DNA of 64,000 nt from Parcubacteria group bacterium (lineage in GTDB: Bacteria; Patescibacteriota; Minisyncoccia; JACPHC01), in NCBI GenBank assembly GCA_016188775.1, contig JACPHC010000004.1, positions 12,704 through 76,703 of the forward strand. The letters are read 5' to 3'. The position numbers were made by a program, and so were the translations under genes. Under the pieces are notes generated by a model. The model saw only the letters and a list, made by a program, of their open reading frames with translations. It did not search any database and was not told where the DNA came from. Shown piece by piece: positions 38,158-50,145 of the stretch (position 1 is its first letter; each line of letters opens with the position of its first letter).

Positions 38158-38766
38158 ATGAAATATAAATTTATAATGATTTTAGCGATTATTCTGCTGA
38201 TGGGCGGAGCGGGTTATTTTGTCTGGAAAACGCAAATCGCATCGCCTCAACCAATATCTCTGCCATCTTCGCCTCCTTCTACTCCAACTCCTCTGCCAAC
38301 TCCAATTCCGACCGTTGAACCGATTCAAGCGCCGGAAATAACACCGAATATTGAACCGACTCCCTCAATCACTCCGATACCTTTGCCAGCTCCACCTTCC
38401 CCAACGCCAACGCCCGCGCCTCAACCAACTCCTGTTCCAACTCCAACCCCAACTCCAACGCCTGAAATTGAATCCCCCAAAGAATACATAATTCTTATTG
38501 ACGGAAACGGGTATCAAAATAAAAATCCCGTCATTAAAACTGGAGATACCGTTACCTTTATTAATAAAGACAATAAACTTCATTGGCCCGGCGCCGACCC
38601 TCACCCGACTCATTCAAGCTATCCGGACTTTGATAGTTTAGGAGGAATAAGCAACAACCAAAGCTATTCTTTCACTTTTACTGAACCGGGGCTTTATTAT
38701 TATCACGACCATCTTTTTCCGCTGGAATTGGGCACGGTCGGCATTATCACGGTAAAATCGCGCTAA
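38158..38766 (+). CDS. Membrane-anchored cupredoxin-like protein with Pro/Thr-rich linker
   Basis: TM, (PT)n linker, IKTGDTVTFIN...HWP..DPHPTH...SYSFTFTEPGLYYYHDH; start MKYKF at 38158. Confidence 0.8.
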   Translation: MKYKFIMILAIILLMGGAGYFVWKTQIASPQPISLPSSPPSTPTPLPTPIPTVEPIQAPEITPNIEPTPSITPIPLPAPPSPTPTPAPQPTPVPTPTPTPTPEIESPKEYIILIDGNGYQNKNPVIKTGDTVTFINKDNKLHWPGADPHPTHSSYPDFDSLGGISNNQSYSFTFTEPGLYYYHDHLFPLELGTVGIITVKSR

Positions 38767-38772
38767 TAAAAT

Positions 38773-40200
38773 ATGAAATTTCCAAAATTAAAATTACTTC
38801 CGACATTTATCATCGCTTCAGGAACGATTTTTTTGCTTTTGACTATTATCATTATTCAGATAGCCGAACCGCTTCTTAAAAATAATTTTCTGGAAGAAAT
38901 AGGACAAAACACGGTCGTTTTTGTCAACCGACTGGCTAACACCGTTCTTGTCCAAAAAAATTTTGAAGATTACGGCTCAGAGGAATCTCAAAAAAATTTC
39001 CGCGAATTCAGGCGCGCGCTAGTCGTGCCGAATTTAGCCAGATTAAAAATCTGGAATCCCGAGGGCGTGATTATTTTTTCCGACGAGTCCAGACTACAAG
39101 GGAAAAAGTTCGCCAACTCATTCGCTCTCGAAGCTTTGGATCTTTCAGTCAAAAATAAACTCATCAATACTCTGGAACTGGCGATCGAAACGAACGAATA
39201 CGCTTTTGACAAAGGCATCGGCCAAGTCTTTGATATGGCCGTGCCGATTACTTTCGGCCTCTCCAGAAAACCAATCGGCATTGTCGAGGTTTTTATCCGC
39301 ACCGGCCCATTGGAAACAAGAATCGCCGATTTTAGGTTTGCGCTGGCGACCAGAATATTTATCGCCACGACTCTTTTTTTCATAATTTTAACCGGCATTA
39401 TTGTCCGGGCTTCAAAAACAATCCGCGATCAGCAAAACGAGCTTAATAAATACGCCAGGGAGCTTGAAGAAAAAGTGCTGGAACGGACAAAAAACCTTGA
39501 AGAATCTCATCGAAAAGAAAATATGCTCAAAGATCAGTTTGTTTTCATTATTTCCCACGAATTATCAACGCCGGTAACCGCGATATCTTGGAATATCAGC
39601 TCTTTGAAAAAAAGCAAAACATTGGAATCTTTGAGTCCAGACGCTCAAGAAATGTTTGATAATTTGGAAAAAAACACAATGACGCTATGGAGAATAATCA
39701 GAAATATTGTCCAAATTCACCGCGGCGAACTGGGCAAAATCCAAATATCCAAATCTGAATTTGATATTCACGCTCTTGCCAAAGAAATAATTAAAAACAA
39801 TCAAGCCTTTGCCCAACTGAAAAAAGTAAAACTTGCCTACGAGGACGAGGGCGAGCCTTTAACGATCAAATCCGATCCGGAAAGAATCAAAGAAGTTTTA
39901 AACAATTTAATATCAAACGCGATACAATTTAACGGCCAGGGAGGCAAAGTCAACGTGAAAATGAATAAAAATGATTCTGAAATCGTCTTTAACGTCGAGG
40001 ACACCGGAATAGGAATAAGCGAAGAAGAAAAGCCGAAGGTTTTTGAAAAATTCTGGCGATCCGAAGACGCGGCTAAAATCGAAGGCTCCGGCCTCGGTTT
40101 ATTTATATCTAAATTTATCGTCGAAACGATGGGCGGAAAAATTTGGTTTGAATCTAAAAAAGCCATTGGCTCGACTTTTTCTTTTTCTTTGCCCATTTAA
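38773..40200 (+). CDS. Sensor histidine kinase
   Basis: SHELSTPV, NLISNAIQF, DTGIGI, GSGLGL. Confidence 0.92.
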   Translation: MKFPKLKLLPTFIIASGTIFLLLTIIIIQIAEPLLKNNFLEEIGQNTVVFVNRLANTVLVQKNFEDYGSEESQKNFREFRRALVVPNLARLKIWNPEGVIIFSDESRLQGKKFANSFALEALDLSVKNKLINTLELAIETNEYAFDKGIGQVFDMAVPITFGLSRKPIGIVEVFIRTGPLETRIADFRFALATRIFIATTLFFIILTGIIVRASKTIRDQQNELNKYARELEEKVLERTKNLEESHRKENMLKDQFVFIISHELSTPVTAISWNISSLKKSKTLESLSPDAQEMFDNLEKNTMTLWRIIRNIVQIHRGELGKIQISKSEFDIHALAKEIIKNNQAFAQLKKVKLAYEDEGEPLTIKSDPERIKEVLNNLISNAIQFNGQGGKVNVKMNKNDSEIVFNVEDTGIGISEEEKPKVFEKFWRSEDAAKIEGSGLGLFISKFIVETMGGKIWFESKKAIGSTFSFSLPI

Positions 40201-40243
40201 ATTTACACCTTTACGGACGATCGTCCGTAAAGGTGTAAATTTA
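40198..40243. repeat. ACGATCGT-core palindrome, copy 3 (perfect, 46 bp)
   Basis: taaatttacacctttacggacga|tcgtccgtaaaggtgtaaattta. Confidence 0.95.
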
Positions 40244-40355
40244 GAAATCTTCTATTTTCATAGACTCCAACACTCTTATCCGTTCCTCAATCGGCGGATG
40301 GGTCACCCCGTACAAATGCTTCGCGTTATACGGAGCGAAACTCAAATAAATTAAT

Positions 40356-41279
40356 TTATACGCTAAATTCGCGTAAGGCCCGTATCCTCTCCTCAATCGG
40401 CGGATGGGTCATAAAAAGTTTAATAAACCAAGACGTTCCCGCTTTATCAAATTTTTGTCCGCTTCGCAAAGGATTATCAAAATAAATATGAGAAATAGCG
40501 GCATTGACCCTTAAGGGAGTTTGATTGGTTGATATCTTTTTAAGAGCCGAAACAAGTCCTTCCGGATAACGTGTTAAAAGAACGCCTGAAGCGTCAGCTA
40601 AAAATTCCCGTTTTCGCGAAATGGCCAGCCGAATCAAAGTCGCGGCAATAGGCGCTAAAATTGCCGCCGCGATTCCTAAAATGATAAGCAGCCCCTGAAA
40701 TTGATTCCCCTCCCTTTCGTTATTTCTGCTCCGGAAGCCGCCCCACAATAAAGACCGCATAAAAAAATCCGAAACCAGAGAAATAACGCCGACTAAAACC
40801 ACTGCCATGGAATTAATCAGCATGTCGCGATTGCCGATATGCGAAAGTTCGTGCGCGATTACGCCTTCCAATTCAACTTTATTTAATTTTTCCAAAAGAC
40901 CTCGGGTCGCCGCCACGACGGCGTGTTTGGGATCGCGGCCCGTGGCAAAAGCGTTCATTGCTTCCTCTTCAATAATATAAATCTTCGGCATGGGCAAGCC
41001 GGCGGTAATCGTTAAATTCTCCACGACGTTATATAATTCGGGAAAATCTTTTTTTTCAACCGGCTTGGCTTTGGCCAATGACAAAACCAATTTATCCGAC
41101 CACCAATAAGAACTGAAACTCATAAAAAAACTGATAAAAACCGCGAAATATAAAATTCCCGGACTCCGATAAATTTGGGAAAAAAACCAGCCGATTCCAA
41201 TGACAAAAAACAAAAAGACTGTCAGAAGCAGCCAAGTTTTTTGGATATTTTCCGTCTGTTGGGTATAAATAGTCGCCAT
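40356..41279 (-). CDS. htpX: Zinc metalloprotease HtpX (M48)
   Basis: NAFATG, AHELSH, SRKREFLAD, THPPIEERI. Confidence 0.95.
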   Translation of the reverse strand: MATIYTQQTENIQKTWLLLTVFLFFVIGIGWFFSQIYRSPGILYFAVFISFFMSFSSYWWSDKLVLSLAKAKPVEKKDFPELYNVVENLTITAGLPMPKIYIIEEEAMNAFATGRDPKHAVVAATRGLLEKLNKVELEGVIAHELSHIGNRDMLINSMAVVLVGVISLVSDFFMRSLLWGGFRSRNNEREGNQFQGLLIILGIAAAILAPIAATLIRLAISRKREFLADASGVLLTRYPEGLVSALKKISTNQTPLRVNAAISHIYFDNPLRSGQKFDKAGTSWFIKLFMTHPPIEERIRALREFSV

Positions 41280-41600
41280 TTAAAATTCTTTTTTTGCGAG
41301 CCGCCAATGGTAAACATAAACCGGAATGCCGACAATCAAAAAAGACGCGGCGTTTGAAGCTTCTCTTTGGCGATTGGAATCGCGCTGTTCTTCCTGTGAT
41401 TTCTTTTCCGCTTCCGGATCAACGCCTTCAAATTCTCCTTTTGGAGAAACCGGCCGCGGATAAAAAATCACCACATCGGCTTTTTTAAAAACAAAAATTT
41501 TCAAAGCCAAATCAGTAAATTGAACCGCGCCGATTATCGTAAGCACGAGCCCGACTGTTGAAAAAATGTAAAGATAAATTTTCCTTAAATTAATGTTCAT
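41280..41600 (-). CDS. Small membrane protein (DUF5671-like)
   Basis: RKIYLYIFS..GL...; IVGIPVYVYHW. Confidence 0.7.
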   Translation of the reverse strand: MNINLRKIYLYIFSTVGLVLTIIGAVQFTDLALKIFVFKKADVVIFYPRPVSPKGEFEGVDPEAEKKSQEEQRDSNRQREASNAASFLIVGIPVYVYHWRLAKKEF

Positions 41601-41612
41601 TTAAAATTTCAC

Positions 41613-42167
41613 TTAAAATTTCACTTTTACCGGCTCTTTAGCCGCTTCTTCTTCCAATTCAAAAAATTCCGCCATTTTAAAATTGAAAATTCCGGCAATG
41701 ATATTGGAAGGAAAAGACTCGATTAAAATATTAAAATCCCGAATGTTGCCGTTGTAAAATCTTCGGGCGGCCTGAATTTTATCTTCCGTGTCGGTCAGAT
41801 CGTTCTGAAGCTGGGCAAAATTTTGCGACGCTTTAAGCTCGGGATAATCTTCAGCCACGGCAAAAAGAGTTTTTAGCGCGCCGCCAAGAGCCATATCCGC
41901 TTCTCCTTTTTCTTTCACTCCTTTCGCTTCCATGAGCCGGCTTCTCATTTTAGCCACATTTTCAAAAAGTTCTTTTTCGTGCGAAGCGTACCCTTTGACG
42001 GTCTCGACTAAATTTGGAATCAAATCGTATCGGCGCTTCAATTGAACATCAATATCCGCCCAAGCCTCTTTAACTCGATTTTTTAAAGTTACCAAGCGAT
42101 TGAACGCGAAAATAATCCATAAAATCCCGCCGATTAAAATAATTAGAACAATATAAAATGGGTTCAT
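41613..42167 (-). CDS. lemA: LemA family protein
   Basis: [32 protein letters not shown]. Confidence 0.95.
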   Translation of the reverse strand: MNPFYIVLIILIGGILWIIFAFNRLVTLKNRVKEAWADIDVQLKRRYDLIPNLVETVKGYASHEKELFENVAKMRSRLMEAKGVKEKGEADMALGGALKTLFAVAEDYPELKASQNFAQLQNDLTDTEDKIQAARRFYNGNIRDFNILIESFPSNIIAGIFNFKMAEFFELEEEAAKEPVKVKF

Positions 42168-42218
42168 ATTATGATTTTAAAAATTTAATTATATGTAAAA
42201 AGCATAACTCTTTTATGA

Positions 42219-43772
42219 TTAATTTGCAATAAACTGTAAAAAGACGGTAAAAACGCTTCCCTTTCCCAGTTCCGATTCCGCGTTCAAGCGTCCGTTATGA
42301 GCTTCAATAAAATTTTTTGCCAGATAAAGCCCGAGACCGGCTCCGTCCGGAACAGTTTTAATCGCGTTTTTGGCTCGAAAAAACTTGGTAAATAAACGAG
42401 GAAAATCTTCTTTGGCAATGCCGATACCCGAATCCTTGACAATGACCGCAAGCGCCGGTTTTCCGAGATATTCGCTTTCTTGAATCGCGATTTTAATTTC
42501 TCCATTTTCCGGCGTATAATTGACAGCGTTTCGAATTAAAATTTCAAACGCGTGTTTAATTTTTTCCTGATCCAAAAAAACCTCTTTAATCGGCACGGCC
42601 GAGCTGCTAAAAATCAATTTTATTTTCCGAGATTCAGCCTCCTTTTGAAAATCTTTCACTAAATCGTCAATAATTTCCCAAAGCTCGACCGGTTTTTTCT
42701 CAATCTTCATTGTCTCATTCTCAACGGCCAAGACCGCGAAAATATCACTTAAAACATTGACTAGAAAACGGCTTTTTTCATAAATAGAACGAACAAATTC
42801 CAGGGGGTCTTTTCTTTGCTCTTCGGGCAAAAGTTTTAAAAGTTCCGTTTCTAAAACTTCCGCGCTCCAGCGAATTCCCGAAAGCGGCGTGCGAAATTGA
42901 TGGGAAATAACGGAAATAAAATCTTTCTCCGCTCCTTCCAACGCTTTTAATTCTTCAAGCGCTCTGGCCAATTTTATTTTTTCTTCGCTTAAATTTGAAA
43001 GGGCCAATTCGAGTTCCCGCGTTCCCCGCCTAACCTCCTCTTCTAATTTAGTTTTTGGCATTAATTCAATTCTTTCACTGGAAAGAAATTCTTCCGGAAC
43101 AATTTCAAGAACTTTTGAAAAATCATCAATAAAATCCAATTCGTTTTTTAATTCTTTATAAGATTCTTCAAATAATCTTTCGGCGCGCAACGAACCAAAC
43201 GTTTCGGATAAAACCGTTTTAAGCAGATTTAAAACTTTTTTAAGGACTGATTTTATTTGCGAATTTTGTTTTTCCAAAGGATGTTTATAAAATTTTTTTT
43301 GAAGGTCGCTCCATAAAATTTTATTATCTTTAATAATTCCGTTAAAATCGTCAATGGCTTTTAAATTGCCGAATAATTTTTTATATTCCGGATCGGCTAA
43401 TTGAAAACGAGCTTTATCGAAACAAAGACTGGAAAACATTTCAAAAAGCTTTATTTCTATTTTTGAGACCGGCAAAAAAATCAACGAAAAATTTCCTTGA
43501 ACTTTGTCCGCGTGACACTTTTTATTGATTTGGGCTCGCAGAACCTCGGAAGAAATTCTTTTTTTTGCCTGCTCTTTGGATAAAAAACTTTCGAGTTGAA
43601 GATAAAGTTTGGCTAAAGCTTTTTCTTCTTCTTTCGCGTCCGGCAAAGAAATCGATTCAATGCTCTTGAGATAATCCAAGCCTTCTTTTTGAACCGCGTG
43701 TTTTTTTAAAATTGAAACAGCGCAGGCTTTAAATTTTTTTTCCGAGACGAATTTTTTAAAAAAGAAAAACAT
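42219..43772 (-). CDS. Soluble orphan histidine kinase
   Basis: SHQFRTPL, NAVNY, DSGIGI, GAGLGL; no TM segment. Confidence 0.88.
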   Translation of the reverse strand: MFFFFKKFVSEKKFKACAVSILKKHAVQKEGLDYLKSIESISLPDAKEEEKALAKLYLQLESFLSKEQAKKRISSEVLRAQINKKCHADKVQGNFSLIFLPVSKIEIKLFEMFSSLCFDKARFQLADPEYKKLFGNLKAIDDFNGIIKDNKILWSDLQKKFYKHPLEKQNSQIKSVLKKVLNLLKTVLSETFGSLRAERLFEESYKELKNELDFIDDFSKVLEIVPEEFLSSERIELMPKTKLEEEVRRGTRELELALSNLSEEKIKLARALEELKALEGAEKDFISVISHQFRTPLSGIRWSAEVLETELLKLLPEEQRKDPLEFVRSIYEKSRFLVNVLSDIFAVLAVENETMKIEKKPVELWEIIDDLVKDFQKEAESRKIKLIFSSSAVPIKEVFLDQEKIKHAFEILIRNAVNYTPENGEIKIAIQESEYLGKPALAVIVKDSGIGIAKEDFPRLFTKFFRAKNAIKTVPDGAGLGLYLAKNFIEAHNGRLNAESELGKGSVFTVFLQFIAN

Positions 43773-43804
43773 ATTTTGAAAATAACCTCACGTTTATTAT
43801 AACT

Positions 43805-43836
43805 CAAAAACCGACTTTATTAAAAGTCGGTTTTTG
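43805..43836 (-). terminator. Intrinsic terminator after groEL
   Basis: CAAAAACCGACTTT-atta-AAAGTCGGTTTTTG. Confidence 0.85.
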
Positions 43837-43878
43837 TTTTTTAAAACAAGACGGTTCAAATCTCGCCCTTTTAATCAA

Positions 43879-45823
<1,945 letters not shown>

Positions 45824-45858
45824 ATTTTAAATTTCAAAATTTTGAAATAATTTCTTAA

Positions 45859-45885
45859 TTAGCAATCACGACCATTGAGCGCTAA
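45859..45885 (-). promoter_or_regulatory. CIRCE element (HrcA operator)
   Basis: TTAGCGCTC-N9-GATTGCTAA on the minus strand (2 mismatches to TTAGCACTC-N9-GAGTGCTAA), 35 nt upstream of groES. Confidence 0.85.
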
Positions 45886-45926
45886 TTTGATTATAATATA
45901 GTATTATATTCAGACAAAAATTATTG

Positions 45927-47087
45927 TCAAGATAGAAGAGATTTATAAATCCGCAATAACTTTTTCGCCTGCGACCGGTCGGAAAATTTTTGAGCGATTT
46001 TAAAAGAATTGCCTGAAAAACGTTTTTGAATATTTGGATCGCGTAAAATTTTTAATATTTTATCGGCAAATAATTTAGCCGAGGAGCGGGGCGAGATCAA
46101 GAATCCGTTTTGATTATCAATAACCGCCCCGGAAAAAGCGGCGTCTTTCAAAGCGACTATTGGCAGCGAACTGCCGATCGCTTCAATTATGACTATCCCT
46201 TGAGTCTCTGTCAGCGAAGAAAAAACAAAAACATCCGCCAGCTGATAATAAAAAGGCAATGTTTCGTGGGAAATAGCGCCGGTAAAAATAATTGATTCGC
46301 TAATTTTTAATTTAGCCGCTAAAACTTTAAGCTCGCCCAAATAAGGACCGTCGCCAATTAAAATAAACTTGACGGCATTTCTCTTTTTCTTGATTTCTCC
46401 AAAAGCTCGGATCAAAAAATCGATATTTTTCTCTTTACCCATTCTTCCCACGAAAATTAATGCTTGATCTTTCGGCGACACGCTCAATTTATTTTTTAAT
46501 GTTTTAGCGCGGCTTAAAGATTTTCGGGTTTTTTTAAATATTTCCAAATCGACTCCGGTCGGCAATATGTAAATCGGTTTTTTAACGCCGTAGTCCTTAA
46601 GCTGTTTTTTTATTTTCAAAGAAGGAGCTAAAATGGCATCCGAGGCGTTTGAAAACCAACCGCTCCACCATCTGGCCAGCGACGGCAAAATAAATTTTTC
46701 CTTCATATACGCTTTGGCGTATTCCGGATAATCCGTATGGTGAGTATAAATTAAAGGAATATTTTGCCGCGCTGAAATAAATTTTCCCAAAATTCCAAGA
46801 CTAAACGGAGTATGGGCGTGAACAACGTCTAATTTAAAATCAATAATTTTTTTCAAATGCCCGGCGGCGGCCAAAGGAAAAGCAAAACGCATTTCCGGCT
46901 TTTTAATAATCCTGACGGATTTCAGTCTAAACACTCCGGGGTTCTTGTCTTTATAGCCGGGATGATAAGGGGCGTAAATAAAAACCTGATGCCCCATTTT
47001 TTCCAAACTTTTCCTGAAAGTCTCAATTGAAATTTCAACGCCGTGGACAACCGGCAAATAAGTATCTGTAAAAAATCCTATTTTCAT
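45927..47087 (-). CDS. GT4 glycosyltransferase (diacylglycerol glycosyltransferase-like)
   Basis: FTDTYLPVVHGV, HAHTPF, VGRMGKEKN, TETQGIVIIEA. Confidence 0.9.
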   Translation of the reverse strand: MKIGFFTDTYLPVVHGVEISIETFRKSLEKMGHQVFIYAPYHPGYKDKNPGVFRLKSVRIIKKPEMRFAFPLAAAGHLKKIIDFKLDVVHAHTPFSLGILGKFISARQNIPLIYTHHTDYPEYAKAYMKEKFILPSLARWWSGWFSNASDAILAPSLKIKKQLKDYGVKKPIYILPTGVDLEIFKKTRKSLSRAKTLKNKLSVSPKDQALIFVGRMGKEKNIDFLIRAFGEIKKKRNAVKFILIGDGPYLGELKVLAAKLKISESIIFTGAISHETLPFYYQLADVFVFSSLTETQGIVIIEAIGSSLPIVALKDAAFSGAVIDNQNGFLISPRSSAKLFADKILKILRDPNIQKRFSGNSFKIAQKFSDRSQAKKLLRIYKSLLS

Positions 47088-47197
47088 ATAACTATTATAA
47101 ATGATATAAAATTAAAATTAAAGTTTATGTTCAAAAAAATAATTCTTTAATATAGGCATATGTAATGAGTTTTTCTAAGATAAAATTTTTAAAAAAA

Positions 47198-47239
47198 TTC
47201 ACTACAATAGTATTACGATCGTAAGTTCATTGTAGTGAA
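47198..47239. repeat. ACGATCGT-core palindrome, copy 4
   Basis: ttcactacaat-agta-ttacga|tcgtaa-gttc-attgtagtgaa. Confidence 0.9.
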
Positions 47240-47343
47240 AATGTCTGTTTTCAGTCGAAGGCGCGAGATAATCTTCACGAGGCGATTTCCTCTTGCAAAA
47301 GCTATTGCATAATAAAATTATTCGTGCTATATTGGATAATCGT

Positions 47344-47793
47344 ATGATAAAAGAACCAAAAATTTACGAAATTGCTTATCATCTAAATCCGGATTTAACC
47401 GAAGAAAAAGCGCTGGAAGCCAGCCGGGAAATTTTAAATTTTATCGGCTCGTACGAGGGCGAAATTAAAGAAATCAGCGAGCCCCAAAAAAGAAAATTGG
47501 CTTACCCGATCAATCATTTCCGCCATTCTTATTTTGGCTGGGCGACTTTTCATATTTCTCCGGCCGGCCTTGAAAATTTAAAAGCTAAACTGAAATACAG
47601 GCCGGAAATTTTAAGATACCTGATAATAACTTTTGAAAAACTTACTTCTAAACGGAAAAAAATAGCCGCTTTTCCAAAATTAGAACTGCCAATGCTGGAA
47701 ACTCCGGTTCCAAAAAACGAAAAAACTATTTATGAAAAAGAGAAAATAGGATTGGAGGAACTGGACAAAAAATTGGAAGAAATATTAAAATAA
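47344..47793 (+). CDS. rpsF: 30S ribosomal protein S6
   Basis: YEIAY, KRKLAYPI, ILRYLII; rpsF-ssb-rpsR order; likely start at 47344. Confidence 0.9.
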   Translation: MIKEPKIYEIAYHLNPDLTEEKALEASREILNFIGSYEGEIKEISEPQKRKLAYPINHFRHSYFGWATFHISPAGLENLKAKLKYRPEILRYLIITFEKLTSKRKKIAAFPKLELPMLETPVPKNEKTIYEKEKIGLEELDKKLEEILK

Positions 47794-47798
47794 AAAAA

Positions 47799-48266
47799 AT
47801 GAATCTCAATAAAATTTTTATAATTGGAAACTTAACCAGAAATCCGGAAAAAAGAACCACGCCGCAAGGCCAAACCGTGGTCAGTTTCGGCGTCGCCACC
47901 AATAAAATCTGGACCGACCAACAGGGACAAAAACAGCAAAAAACAGAATTTCATAATGTCGTGGCCTGGCGACGGCTGGGCGATATAGTCGCCCAATATC
48001 TCAAAAAAGGCAGTATGATTTTTGTCGAAGGCCGGCTGGAAACAAGATCTTGGGAAGATAAGGAAGGAATAAAACGTTACCGGACCGATATTATCGCGGA
48101 AAATATCCAAATGGGGCCAAAAAGCGCCAACGCTATTGTCAAACCTTCGGGCCAAGAGGAATATAACGTCGGCTCGGAGCCAATCATTGATTCACAAGCG
48201 GCCGATGAAGAATTTTCATCCGTAAAATCCGGGGATGAAATAGAAGTAAAAGAAATTCCCTTTTAA
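47799..48266 (+). CDS. ssb: Single-stranded DNA-binding protein
   Basis: LNKIFIIGNLTRNPE, VEGRLETRSW, IPF tail. Confidence 0.97.
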   Translation: MNLNKIFIIGNLTRNPEKRTTPQGQTVVSFGVATNKIWTDQQGQKQQKTEFHNVVAWRRLGDIVAQYLKKGSMIFVEGRLETRSWEDKEGIKRYRTDIIAENIQMGPKSANAIVKPSGQEEYNVGSEPIIDSQAADEEFSSVKSGDEIEVKEIPF

Positions 48267-48288
48267 TAGATGCGAAATTCCTCTTTCC

Positions 48289-48378
48289 GTCATTGCGAGA
48301 AATGAAGCGAAGTGTAATAACGAAGCAATCCCAAAGATTGCCGCGTCGCTCTCATTTTCATTCGCTCCTCGCAATGAC
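48289..48378. repeat. GTCATTGCGAG REP-like element, copy 5 (between ssb and rpsR)
   Basis: GTCATTGCGAG...CGAAGCAATC...GATTGCCGCG...CTCGCAATGAC. Confidence 0.8.
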
Positions 48379-48423
48379 AGAATGGTTTATTTAAGCGAAA
48401 CACATCACATATAAATAACAAAT

Positions 48424-48633
48424 ATGCAAAAACAATGCTATTTTCACCAGCAAAGCAATGTCGCGATTGATTACAAAAATATCGAAATTTTGCGGCGTTT
48501 TATTTCTTCACAGGCGAAAATTATGCCGCCCAAAAGAACCGGTCTTTGCCGCAAACATCAATCTTTGATAGCCCAAGCCATAAAAAGAGCCCGTTTTATG
48601 GCTCTGCTTCCGTACACGAATTTACAGGAATAA
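48424..48633 (+). CDS. rpsR: 30S ribosomal protein S18
   Basis: IDYKN, KIMPPKRTG, AIKRARFMALLPY. Confidence 0.97.
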   Translation: MQKQCYFHQQSNVAIDYKNIEILRRFISSQAKIMPPKRTGLCRKHQSLIAQAIKRARFMALLPYTNLQE

Positions 48634-48689
48634 TTTATTAGACCTAATAATTTATTAGACCTGTCGAGTAATAACCTTTCTACCGCAAT

Positions 48690-48749
48690 TTCAAAATTTT
48701 ACTACAATCAATAATACGATCGTGAGCTTCATTGTAGTAAAATTTTGAA
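48690..48749. repeat. ACGATCGT-core palindrome, copy 5
   Basis: ttcaaaattttactacaat-caataat-acgatcgt-gagcttc-attgtagtaaaattttgaa. Confidence 0.9.
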
Positions 48750-48784
48750 TCGCACTATGAAAATTATTACGCAAAAACCTATTG

Positions 48785-49801
48785 CTAAATCGCCGCAACT
48801 GCCCGCGAGGCCTCGCGGGTTTTTTTTGCCACTTCCTCCATCACTTTGGGATTTTCTTTAAAATATAAACGAGCCGCCTCCATTCCTTGCCCCAATTTCG
48901 CGTCTTCGTAAGTAAACCAAGCGCCGGCTTTTTTGATAACGCCGTAGCGAGCCGCGGTATTGATGATATCGGAAAAACGGGCAATGCCTTCGTTATACAT
49001 AATGTCAAACTCGGCGATTTTAAACGGCGGAGCGACTTTATTTTTAACCACTTTGACTTTCACCCGAGAACCGATAATGTCATCGCCTTTTTTAATCTGT
49101 CCGGTTCTTCGCACATCGATGCGAACCGATGAATAAAATTTCAAGGCTTTGCCGCCCGGCGTGGTTTCCGGATTGCCGTAAAAAACGCCAACTTGCATTC
49201 TGATCTGATTAATAAAAATAATCGAGGTACTGGTTTTAGCCGAAATGGCGGTCAATTTTCTCAAGGCCTGGGACATCAAACGAGCCTGCAGGCCGACATG
49301 ATGAGCGCCCATTTCCCCTTCAATTTCGGCCTTGGGCGTTAAAGCCGCGACTGAATCCACCACTATCACGGCCACAGCGCCGGAACGAACCAAAGATTCC
49401 ACGATTTCCAAAGCCTGCTCCCCTGTATCCGGCTGGGATATTAAAAGATCATTAATTTTAACGCCGATCTTGGCGGCGTAATCCGGATCCAGAGCGTGCT
49501 CGGCATCAACAAAAGCCGCCTGTTCGCCTCTTTTCTGCGCTTCAGCCACGATATGCTGGGCTAAAGTCGTTTTACCGGAAGATTCGGGACCAAAAATTTC
49601 AACAATTCTGCCTTTGGGCACCCCGCCCACGCCCAAAGCAATATCCAAAGAAATCGAGCCAGTCGGAATCGCGTCAATATCCACTTTTCTCGCTTCCCCC
49701 AGCTTCATAATGGCCCCCTCTCCAAAACGCTCTTTAATTTCGCGAATCGTCTCGTTTAAATTTTTATCTTTAACTTCTTCTTTTTGATTTTTTGAAGTCA
49801 T
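48785..49801 (-). CDS. recA: Recombinase RecA
   Basis: [41 protein letters not shown]. Confidence 0.99.
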   Translation of the reverse strand: MTSKNQKEEVKDKNLNETIREIKERFGEGAIMKLGEARKVDIDAIPTGSISLDIALGVGGVPKGRIVEIFGPESSGKTTLAQHIVAEAQKRGEQAAFVDAEHALDPDYAAKIGVKINDLLISQPDTGEQALEIVESLVRSGAVAVIVVDSVAALTPKAEIEGEMGAHHVGLQARLMSQALRKLTAISAKTSTSIIFINQIRMQVGVFYGNPETTPGGKALKFYSSVRIDVRRTGQIKKGDDIIGSRVKVKVVKNKVAPPFKIAEFDIMYNEGIARFSDIINTAARYGVIKKAGAWFTYEDAKLGQGMEAARLYFKENPKVMEEVAKKTREASRAVAAI

Positions 49802-50145
49802 TGTATCACAAATATTTTCCTGGTAATAATATCCGAACGATTATTTTGATCTTCGGCTTTTAAAACGATTTTATTCAAGCCCGAAGCTAAATTAATCTTT
49901 TGATTGAAAACGCCGTCTTCGCCAATATATAATTTTTCGTTGTTGATTGTCAAATTTTTTATTTGACCTTTAATTTTGCCTTCGATTTTAATCAGACGCG
50001 ATTCAGTTCTAATGTCTTCTTTGGGGTTGAGCAAGATAATTTTCGGCCCTTGAATAAAAAATTTACCCGTGGCAAAAAAATAAAAAGAAAAAAATAAAAT
50101 AATTAAAAAAGAAAAAAATAAACCTAAAAAACTAAAACTTTTCAT
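49798..50145 (-). CDS. Hypothetical membrane-anchored Ig-like protein
   Basis: N-terminal TM, GPKI...LTINNE...[11 protein letters not shown]. Confidence 0.7.
   Translation of the reverse strand: MKSFSFLGLFFSFLIILFFSFYFFATGKFFIQGPKIILLNPKEDIRTESRLIKIEGKIKGQIKNLTINNEKLYIGEDGVFNQKINLASGLNKIVLKAEDQNNRSDIITRKIFVIQ

Noticed and set aside
38260-38465. Repetitive DNA in the cupredoxin-like gene
   Set aside because: Explained by a Pro/Thr-rich protein linker.
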